The position numbers were made by a program, and so were the translations under genes. A model generated the notes under the pieces. The model was given only the letters and a program-made list of their open reading frames with translations. It was not told the origin of the DNA and ran no database searches. 29,047 nt of DNA from the NCBI GenBank assembly GCA_044342325.1, contig JBIIPZ010000037.1:1-29047 (forward strand). Reading direction: 5' to 3'. The number at the start of each line of letters is the position of its first letter. Within the stretch, counting starts at the first letter, position 1. Positions 18,889 to 26,365 of the stretch are shown here, piece after piece. Origin of the DNA: Terrimicrobiaceae bacterium (lineage in GTDB: Bacteria; Verrucomicrobiota; Verrucomicrobiia; Chthoniobacterales; Terrimicrobiaceae).

Positions 18889-19967
18889 CGCAAACCTTTG
18901 GAGGGTCAACCTCCGGCTTGACCCAAGCCTGAAACGCTCCCGCCATCACAGCGCCTCGCTCCCACCACCCCGCGCGTCAGAGGGGAGCACGGTCGTCCCG
19001 ACCGTGCAAGACACTCTTACCCGCAACTTCAGCGATAAACAAAACACGCTTTGCGTCTGCACGTCCCACACGGCCATGCTCCCCTGAAACGCCGCTCCGC
19101 GGCTGAAATTTGGGCCATGCGAGACGATGTCCCTCCCAGCTCACGACTCGCGCGGCAGCGCGCAAACCCTTGGAGGGTCAACCTCTGGCTTGACCCAAGC
19201 CTGAAACGCTCCCGCCATCACGGCGCCCCGCTCCCATCACCCCGCGCTTCAGAGGGGGGCACGGTCGTCTCGACCGTGAAAGACACTCGCACCCGCAACT
19301 TCAGCGATAAAGAAAACACGCTTTGCGCCTGCACGGCCGAGACGGCCATGCTCCCCTGAAACGCCGCTCCGCGGCTGAAATTTGGGCCATGCGAGACGAT
19401 GCCCCTCCCGGCTCACCACTCGCGTCCACTCGCAAACCCTTGGAGGGTCAACCTCCGGCTTGACCCAAGCCTGAAACGCTCCTGCCATCACGACGCCCCG
19501 CTCCCATCACCCCGCGCGTCAGAGGGGAGCACGCTCGTCCCGACCGTGAAAGACACTTGCACCCGCAACTTCAGCGATAAAGAAAACACGCTTTGCGCCA
19601 GCACGCCCGAGACGGCCATGCTCCCCTGAAACGCCGCTTCGCGGCTGAAATTTGGGCCATGCGAGACGATGCCCCTTCCATTTCACGCCTCGCGCGGCAG
19701 CGCGCAAACCCTTGGAGGTTCAACCTCCGGCTTGACCCAAGCCTGAAGCGCTCCCGCCATCACAGCACCCCGCTCCCATCACCCCGCGCTTCAGAGGGGG
19801 GCACGGTCGTCTCGACCGTGAAAGACACTCGCACCCGCAACTTCAGCGATAAACAAAACACGCTTTGCGCCAGCACGGCCGAGACGGCCATGCTCCCCTG
19901 AAACGCCGCTTCGCGGCTGAAATTTGGGCCATGCGAGACGATGCCCCTCCCAGCTCACGACTCGCGC
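18889..19967. repeat. Tandem array of four ~271-bp units built from nested REP-like hairpins
   Basis: Units start at 18889, 19161, 19431 and 19703 (spacings 272, 270, 272) and are highly similar. Each carries an inverted pair GGGGAGCACGGTCGTCTCGACCGTG / CACGGCCGAGACGGCCATGCTCCCC (consensus). Confidence 0.95.
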
Positions 19968-20038
19968 TCGAAACTCCGCTCGTCGGCCGTGGCCATTTCC
20001 CCTCGACTCCCAGCGGCGCTGGCGATAGACCATCCCTC

Positions 20039-20389
20039 ATGAGCCACCCCGACTCCCCTTCATCCGCCCCGAATACTCCCCCTCCCGATTGGAACGCCAT
20101 CGCCCGAGACGCCGACTTCAAGGCCCTCGTCCGCCGCAAGCTCAAGCTGGTCGTCCCTGCTACAGTCTTCTTTGTCGTTTACTACTTTGCTTTGCCAATC
20201 GGCGTCGGTTGGTTTCCCGATTTCATGAAACAAAAAATCTGGGGCGATGTGAACATTGCCTACCTCTTTGCGCTGTCCCAGTTCTTCATGGCTTGGATTC
20301 TCGCACTCATCTACGTGGTCGCCGCCGCTGGTTGGGATCGCAGCGAGCGTTCGCTACTCGCGAAATTCGGTTTCACCTCGGAGCACTAA
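20039..20389 (+). CDS. DUF485 (YjcH-like) membrane protein
   Basis: FKALVRRK followed by two TM segments; directly upstream of actP, the usual pairing. Confidence 0.88.
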   Translation: MSHPDSPSSAPNTPPPDWNAIARDADFKALVRRKLKLVVPATVFFVVYYFALPIGVGWFPDFMKQKIWGDVNIAYLFALSQFFMAWILALIYVVAAAGWDRSERSLLAKFGFTSEH

Positions 20390-20390
20390 T

Positions 20391-21974
20391 ATGAATTTCC
20401 TCCCTCTTGCCGCCGCCGCAGCAACCGATCACACCGCGCTTTACATGTTCCTCGCCTTCGTGGCGGCGACATTGATCATCACCTACTTCAGCGCCCGCCG
20501 CTCGAGCGGAGCCAGCGCCTACTTCGCCGCCGGTCGCCGCATCACAGGCTGGCAAAACGGCCTTGCCGTGGCGGGTGACTACATGAGCGCAGCCAGCTTT
20601 CTTGGGATCGCCGGGATGATCGCCATGAATGGCTACGACGGTTTTCTTTACTCCGTCGGTTTTCTTGTGGCCTACCTCACAGTCCTCTTCATCGTGGCCG
20701 AGCCCCTTCGCAATGCCGGAAAATACACGATGGCCGATGTGCTGGCCTACCGCCTCAGCCCCCGACCGGTCCGAGCTGCGGCCTCTCTCAGCACGCTGAC
20801 GGTTTCGATTTTCTACATGATCGCCCAAATGGTTGGCGCCGGCGTGCTCGTGCGGCAGTTGATCCCCGGGGTGACCTACGAAGTCGCCGTGGTCGGGGTG
20901 GGATTGCTGATGGTCGTCTATGTGGTTTTCGGCGGAATGTTGGCCACGACATGGGTGCAGATCATCAAAGCGGTGCTCCTCATGACTGGCAGTGGATTTC
21001 TGACCGTGCTCGTGCTCCGCGAGTATCAGTTCGACATCGGCAAATTCTTTTCCTCGCTCTCCGCCATCTCCTCCACCGGGCCGAATGGAGAAAAAATCGT
21101 CCGCGACTTTCTTACGCCCGGTCTGATTTTTAAAAATCCGTGGGATCAAATCTCCCTCGGCATGGCCCTGTTGTTCGGCACGGCAGGCCTGCCCCACATC
21201 CTCATTCGCTTCTACACCGTGCCCGATGCCAAGACGGCTCGCGCGAGTGTGGTATGGGCGATGATCATCATTGGTCTTTTCTACATCATGACCACATTCT
21301 TCGGTTTCGGCGCCGCGAGTCTCATGGGGCCTGACTATGTCGCAGCCCATGGCGGAACAAACATGGCAGCCCCCGAGCTCGCCAGAAAACTCGGTGGCGA
21401 AATTTTCTTCGCGTTCATCAGCGCCGTTGCCTTCGCAACCATCCTCGCCGTTGTCGCTGGCCTCACCATCAGTGCCAGCACTAGTTTCGCGCATGATTTT
21501 TTTACCAATGTCATTCACCACGGCAAGGAACACCAACCCGGTGCTGAGGTTCGCGTGGCCAGGATCACGGCTTTTGTCGTCGGCGCCCTGGGCATCCTGA
21601 TAGCCATTGTCCTAGGCCCGACTGTGAATGTGGCCTTTCTTGTCGGCCTCGCCTTTGCGGTAGCTGCCAGCGCAAATTTGCCTGTGCTCGTCTTCTCGAT
21701 CTTCTGGAAACGCTTCAACACGGCCGGCGCGGTGACCGGTCTCTACGCGGGCCTGGCTTCCAGCATCATTCTCATCCTGCTGAGTCCGGATATCATGAAA
21801 GAACATGCTATTTTTCCGCTGAAAAACCCCGCGCTCGTGAGCATTCCGATCGGCTTCATCGCAGCCATACTAGGCACTTTATTTTCCAAGGAAGTCACCT
21901 CGGATGATAAATTCACCGAACTCCAGGTCCGGGCCAACACCGGTCTCGGCGCGGAGAAGGCTACTGAGCACTGA
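20391..21974 (+). CDS. actP: Cation/acetate symporter (SSS family)
   Basis: QNGLAVAGDYMSAASFLG, AEPLRN.GKYT.ADV, FGGMLATTWVQIIKA, GTAGLPHIL.RF, AVAFATILAVVAGL. Confidence 0.93.
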   Translation: MNFLPLAAAAATDHTALYMFLAFVAATLIITYFSARRSSGASAYFAAGRRITGWQNGLAVAGDYMSAASFLGIAGMIAMNGYDGFLYSVGFLVAYLTVLFIVAEPLRNAGKYTMADVLAYRLSPRPVRAAASLSTLTVSIFYMIAQMVGAGVLVRQLIPGVTYEVAVVGVGLLMVVYVVFGGMLATTWVQIIKAVLLMTGSGFLTVLVLREYQFDIGKFFSSLSAISSTGPNGEKIVRDFLTPGLIFKNPWDQISLGMALLFGTAGLPHILIRFYTVPDAKTARASVVWAMIIIGLFYIMTTFFGFGAASLMGPDYVAAHGGTNMAAPELARKLGGEIFFAFISAVAFATILAVVAGLTISASTSFAHDFFTNVIHHGKEHQPGAEVRVARITAFVVGALGILIAIVLGPTVNVAFLVGLAFAVAASANLPVLVFSIFWKRFNTAGAVTGLYAGLASSIILILLSPDIMKEHAIFPLKNPALVSIPIGFIAAILGTLFSKEVTSDDKFTELQVRANTGLGAEKATEH

Positions 21975-22059
21975 CGCTTCGCGGTTAGGGGGAAATAGCC
22001 ACGGATATTCCAGATTAGCAGGGATATCCCATCAAGTTGATATTTGGATCGCAAAAGCA

Positions 22060-22084
22060 GGGGGGCATGGGCGTCTCGGCCGTG
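22060..22084 (+). repeat. Isolated REP-like copy
   Basis: GGGGGGCATGGGCGTCTCGGCCGTG, same family as the inner arms of the 271-bp units. Confidence 0.8.
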
Positions 22085-22552
22085 CGGAGACAGTTCCACT
22101 TGCTCGCACCATTTCCGTCCGAACCAATGGGCGCGCCGTAGCACAGAGGCGGCGCCTCCAGTTCGTAAAGCTTCAGGCACCTGATCCGCTGGGAAAACCA
22201 ATGAGCCCGTCTTCGAGGATGTCCAGATGCTGAACATTTGAACCACGAATTTAGCGAATAAACACGAATAAGACCGAAGATGAAATTCTCCGGCGAAGCT
22301 GCTCCCCATTCGTAAAAATTCGTTCTATGTGACTCCCTCGCTTCTGCTCTGCTCACCCTCCGGGTTCACTTTCGGTTGCTCGATGACTTGTATCGTCCCC
22401 GGTGCTGCGCCCCTTTGGTGCCGACTTTTAGTTGCTCTTCCTTCAGTTTTCCCAAGCTTCCGGTTCTCGCAGCTGGCACACTGCTCGGTTGTGGTGAATT
22501 CTACTGTGTGCTGGTTAAAATGGGTTGCTTTGGGAGATTTTTCCTGTCACTT

Positions 22553-22595
22553 AAAAAAAGAACGGCCGCATGCTGCAAACATGCGACCGTCTTTT
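22553..22595 (-). terminator. Rho-independent terminator
   Basis: Minus strand reads ACGGTCGCATG-loop-CATGCGGCCGT (11 bp with one G:U pair) followed by TCTTTTTTT, downstream of 22681..23043. Confidence 0.8.
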
Positions 22596-22680
22596 GGGTT
22601 TCGCGGATGGTTAGGCACCACGATCACCTTGGCGGGTTATGCCCGCACGGGTCTGTTCCTATGCCGACCTAAGCGGCGTC

Positions 22681-23043
22681 CTACTTGGCAGCGACAGGTT
22701 CGGACTGGCCTTGTTTCAAGCGGGTTAGTCCGGACTGTCTTGCCGAGCGGATCTTGTAGCCGATCGAGCCGTAGAGAGGGGAATCCTCTCCGTGCTCGGC
22801 AGCTCCCTTGATTCCATTGACGACAAGCAGGTAGCTATCGTTCAACTTCTTCAAGGATGCCTCTCGCTCAATAGCTTTTGCGACCCGTTCTTGATCCGCC
22901 TTCACGATGCTCTCGGAGATTTCCACAGCCGGGATTACCATGCTACGAAACTTTTCCAGAGACACTCCGCAAAAGAGACTCTTCGGGGCCATTTCCTGCC
23001 ATGAGTTGAGAAGCTTTTTAGATTTTTCGATTAAGTTTTTCAC
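22681..23043 (-). CDS. Hypothetical helical basic protein (120 aa)
   Basis: GTG at 23043 is preceded by a perfect SD (AAGGAGGTGA). C-terminal GEDSPLYGSIGY...RQSGLTR; has its own terminator. Confidence 0.8.
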   Translation of the reverse strand: MKNLIEKSKKLLNSWQEMAPKSLFCGVSLEKFRSMVIPAVEISESIVKADQERVAKAIEREASLKKLNDSYLLVVNGIKGAAEHGEDSPLYGSIGYKIRSARQSGLTRLKQGQSEPVAAK

Positions 23044-23187
23044 CTTTTTCACCTCCTTTCTTTTTTTCTCCGACACTGCATGGGGTCACGCATCACCGCA
23101 CGCGGCGGCGCAGGGTGTTCGTCCTCCCCATCTCTCCTGCCAATTCGGCTCAGCCCGATGGTTGGAAAATTCAAAAAGTGGTATTGC

Positions 23188-24006
23188 TTAAAAATCAAAA
23201 TCATCCTCCGGTGGTTTTGCGTATTTCTCATACGACTTCGGCACTTCATCATCCTGGGGATGCACCAGAAATTCATTACGGAAAATTTCCAGAGCGGCTT
23301 TTCTGGCCCTCTCCCAAGATGGTCTCTTTCCATAAAGCGGCTCACCGAGCGTCCGTGTGGTGTAAATGATCGCCTCCTCGAGCGGCATCCGGTGCAGAAG
23401 GCGCATCGCCGCCAACATATTCAGGGAGTCCCTGCGATTCCGACCCCGCGACTCCCTGGCCGGTTTTTTTCGGTTCGCCTTTAACCAATCGCTGAAATCC
23501 GAGACAAGGCGCTTGTCGCTTTGGTTCCAATTGATCCGGAAAGCGGCTGCAGCAAAGCAGGGTGTTGCTGTCGAGTCTTCCAAAAGACCGAACCCCGAAT
23601 TGAAATTCGAAGTTTTCGGTTGCAGTTCCAAGATTCCAATCGCATCCGGAGTCCCCAGACTCACCAGTTCCGCCCGCTTTTCCTTCTTTAAGGCCTGCCA
23701 TGGGGTTTCTAAATATAACCTGTTTTCTGCCACCATATTCCCTCGCAAGCATCCCACGATTTCGTCGGGATCCTGAAGATAAGCTTCATACTCGGGATTC
23801 TCCACTTCTTCCCAATCACAATCCTCGCCATACTTGTTACATGTAGCTATTCCGATTGTCTCTGGCGGTATTTCGACATCGTCTATGGACTCCCACTCCC
23901 GAGCATACTCCCAAGCAAAGCATGCTTCCATCTCACCCAAAGGGATTTTTGAAAAATCCCACTCGGATCTTGGCAGGTAGTATGCATCTTTTGTAGCAGT
24001 GCTCAT
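23188..24006 (-). CDS. Hypothetical protein (272 aa), regulator-like protein of the kind found in integrative elements
   Basis: EWDF..IP..E.EACFAWEYARE at the N-terminus and FRINWNQSD..L...F..WL...R centrally; visibly lower GC with an AT-rich upstream region. Family assignment is from recall, not a search. Confidence 0.7.
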   Translation of the reverse strand: MSTATKDAYYLPRSEWDFSKIPLGEMEACFAWEYAREWESIDDVEIPPETIGIATCNKYGEDCDWEEVENPEYEAYLQDPDEIVGCLRGNMVAENRLYLETPWQALKKEKRAELVSLGTPDAIGILELQPKTSNFNSGFGLLEDSTATPCFAAAAFRINWNQSDKRLVSDFSDWLKANRKKPARESRGRNRRDSLNMLAAMRLLHRMPLEEAIIYTTRTLGEPLYGKRPSWERARKAALEIFRNEFLVHPQDDEVPKSYEKYAKPPEDDFDF

Positions 24007-24122
24007 GCTGTAACATATAAAATAATAAAATATGCTACGCAAGGGAAAATTTTACTTCCTGCTCATTTTTTTTATAGGCCGCGCCAAAAGTGGAATGAAG
24101 GCGTGCAAAACGCAAAATCCAT

Positions 24123-24146
24123 GGGGGCATGGGCGTCCCGCCCGTG
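24123..24146 (+). repeat. Isolated REP-like copy
   Basis: GGGGGCATGGGCGTCCCGCCCGTG, a hairpin of the same family as 22060 and the array. Confidence 0.8.
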
Positions 24147-24208
24147 TTGACACTGATTCACGCCTCAATCGGGATCATCCTTTTTCCTCACCCCGCCACA
24201 GCATGCAG

Positions 24209-24381
24209 ACGCTCCGGCATGGCGTGCCAACGCTCCAGCACGGCATGCCAACGCTCTGGCATGGCGTTCCAACGCTCCGGCACGGCGTTCCAACGCTCCG
24301 GCACGGCGTTCCAACGCTCCGGCACGGCGTTCCAACGCTCCGGCACGGCGTTCCAACGCTCCGGCACGGCGTGCCGACGCT
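24209..24381. repeat. 21-bp VNTR, 8+ copies (ACGCTCCGGCACGGCGTTCCA)
   Basis: Units at 24209, 24230, 24251, 24272, 24293, 24314, 24335 and 24356; the four at 24272-24355 are identical. Confidence 0.95.
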
Positions 24382-24806
24382 TGCGCCAGGGACGGGAAAA
24401 AGTCCGATAGATGGCGACACTCTCGAGATCGCTATGACACGCGCAAACGCACCAAGAAATTTTTAGCAAAAAAATTTCTCTCCCCCAGCGGATGTCCGAT
24501 CGGGGTTGATAAGCTCTCCCTCGAAATGATCGCCAAAATTCTATTCGCTATCCAGGCAGCCACGCGCTGCTTCCGCCCGCAGACTCAATTCCCAAGCCGC
24601 TTCGCGCGGCAGAGCGAGTTTTTGTTTTGAGCTATGCAAACCGACGCCTATGGGAAACCGATTCGGGATTCCAGGTTGCTTCGCCAAATCAAAAAAGCAC
24701 CCGCCACCAGTTACTCGCCACGCACCACAGCGGCTACGCCACCCTGTTGCAGAAGATGCGACATCTGGCCTCCTATTCTCCAAACACAAACCCACAAATT
24801 CAAAGT

Positions 24807-25043
24807 ATGAAATTAAAGACCATCCTCCTCGCAGCCGCCATCACCCTGCCGATCCTTTGTTCAAGCACCTCCGCGCAGGTATGCGACGACGAGGGCGTTT
24901 TCCTGGGCCAACTCAGCGCGAATCCCTACGCCGCCGATTCCACGGCGAATAAATTCGGTGCGTTTGGCAGTCCCTACAGCCCCATAAGCCCGAACAACCC
25001 CTATTCCACGCAGACTCCGATTCTGTGCGGGGATGAGGAGTGA
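24807..25043 (+). CDS. Small secreted protein with NPY/GSPYS motif (78 aa)
   Basis: Signal peptide MKLKTILLAAAITLPILCSSTSA followed by FLGQLSANPY..DS..N.FG.FGSPYSP.S.NNPY. Confidence 0.75.
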   Translation: MKLKTILLAAAITLPILCSSTSAQVCDDEGVFLGQLSANPYAADSTANKFGAFGSPYSPISPNNPYSTQTPILCGDEE

Positions 25044-25177
25044 ATATGCCATCAAATCCTATTGCCCAACGCTGCGATAAAAGCTTAAATGACTGCCATG
25101 CGCTTCCAATTTTGCGTCTGGATGTGGCCAATAATTTCCTAAAACAAATTAAACAAGAAGACTAAACCCAAAAAAAC

Positions 25178-26362
25178 ATGAAATATCAACAACTCCTAAA
25201 ATCTGTTCAATCATCCGCTGGACTCCGTCTACGCATTCGTCTCCAACCTCTCTACGGACCGGGAGAAATCGTTTTCCCCTGCACCGTGGCTAAGGGTAAG
25301 TATCAGGTATCAAATCGACGCATACCAGGGTTTGCCGAATCTGTTCCATGCACCATTCTCGACAGCGTCCAGAGTCAGGCAAATCGTATGGAAGATGCGT
25401 TGCTTGCCGATATTCGCGAAGGAAAACTTAAACTGCCTCACCTCGAAACTGATTTTGTAGATATCGAGGGTCTTTTGAAGGAGATCGGAAAAATCACCTG
25501 TTTCGAGGCACCTCATCGAATCTTCGATGCCATTCTCCGTGACTCGGTGGACGAAGCAGGAACACACTTTCCGCTCACTGAGCTCGGCAAAAAGGTCATC
25601 AACTCAAACGCAAAAAATGCCACTGCTATTTTCCAAGTTTCTCCGGCCAGTTTGCTTTTTGGCAGTTGGGATTCTACCGGCGTCTCCGGCGGCCTCGGCG
25701 AAAAGTATACTCGCTGCGTTGTAAGCGAAGTCGTGGGCATCAATAGCGAGCAGACAGTTCGTGCTGGAACAAGAATTGATCCTTTAAACGTAGCTGTATC
25801 AATCAAGCCAGACCAGATTCTCAAGGAAACAAAAGACGAGATGTGGGCGCAAATTGCCAAAAGCAGGAAGAAAATTGATAAGCCATCCGAGATCAACCAC
25901 AGCAGCATCCCCTGGCCAAAAGAGGGGTCTCAACTCCTTGGCGGCGTCACTGTTGATTACATCCAACAATCCACGACAATTTCGTTTGCCGCACTGCGTC
26001 AGCTTCACTTTCCAATCGGCGGAGGGGATGCGTCACCCTTCGCACATGCAGTCCTTGCCGCCATCGCCCTTCATGCCGCAGCTCTCAATACCGAGCGCGG
26101 TTGGCATCTTCGTTCGCGGTGCGATTTGATTTTGGAGGATGGAGTTTCTCCAGAATGGGAAATCCTCGGCGGGTCATCGACCTCGAAGGAAGTTCTGACT
26201 GCGGACGCCACCCGCGATGTGCTCAATGAAGCCATCGCAAAAGCCAAGGAAGCCGGATTGCCATGGAACGATGAACCGATCCATCTCAAACCTTCACCTG
26301 CTCTACAAAAGCTCGTCGTCGCGTCCCAGAAAAATCATCGCGAAAGCGCAAGCGCCGAGTAG
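25178..26362 (+). CDS. csb1: Type I-G (I-U) CRISPR backbone protein Csb1/Cas7g
   Basis: RLQP..GPG..VFP.T, LDSVQSQANRME, APHRIFDAILRDS, P.SLLFGSWDSTG, VSEVVG, PSEINH, GGVT and LRSRCDL motifs. Confidence 0.92.
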   Translation: MKYQQLLKSVQSSAGLRLRIRLQPLYGPGEIVFPCTVAKGKYQVSNRRIPGFAESVPCTILDSVQSQANRMEDALLADIREGKLKLPHLETDFVDIEGLLKEIGKITCFEAPHRIFDAILRDSVDEAGTHFPLTELGKKVINSNAKNATAIFQVSPASLLFGSWDSTGVSGGLGEKYTRCVVSEVVGINSEQTVRAGTRIDPLNVAVSIKPDQILKETKDEMWAQIAKSRKKIDKPSEINHSSIPWPKEGSQLLGGVTVDYIQQSTTISFAALRQLHFPIGGGDASPFAHAVLAAIALHAAALNTERGWHLRSRCDLILEDGVSPEWEILGGSSTSKEVLTADATRDVLNEAIAKAKEAGLPWNDEPIHLKPSPALQKLVVASQKNHRESASAE

Positions 26363-26365
26363 ATT

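Noticed and set aside
18889..19967. 271-bp array as a CRISPR array, or as protein-coding (ORFs 18875-19901 + and 18977-20033 -)
   Set aside because: The whole unit is repeated with no unique spacers. Unit lengths of 272/270 shift the frame, and the ORFs are just translations of the palindromic repeats.
22329..22811. Plus-strand ORFs of 160 and 98 aa
   Set aside because: They run through a terminator and antisense to a supported gene, and their composition is not protein-like.
23044..23076. Track start for the 131-aa ORF
   Set aside because: A perfect SD sits immediately before GTG 23043, indicating the shorter start.
23077..23187. Known riboswitch (e.g. c-di-GMP) in the leader
   Set aside because: No match by eye to the consensus motifs; kept only as an unassigned structured leader.
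24209..24381. 21-bp repeat as the CRISPR array of the I-G system
   Set aside because: Head-to-tail units without spacers, and too short for a type I-G repeat (about 36 bp).
24032..24469. ORFs spanning the VNTR (144, 93, 63, 81 and 93 aa)
   Set aside because: They are open mainly because the repeat lacks stop codons; no RBS or domain evidence favours any frame.
21975..25177. CRISPR-associated transposon or prophage
   Set aside because: No TnsABC/TniQ, integrase, transposase or phage structural genes are recognisable in the window.
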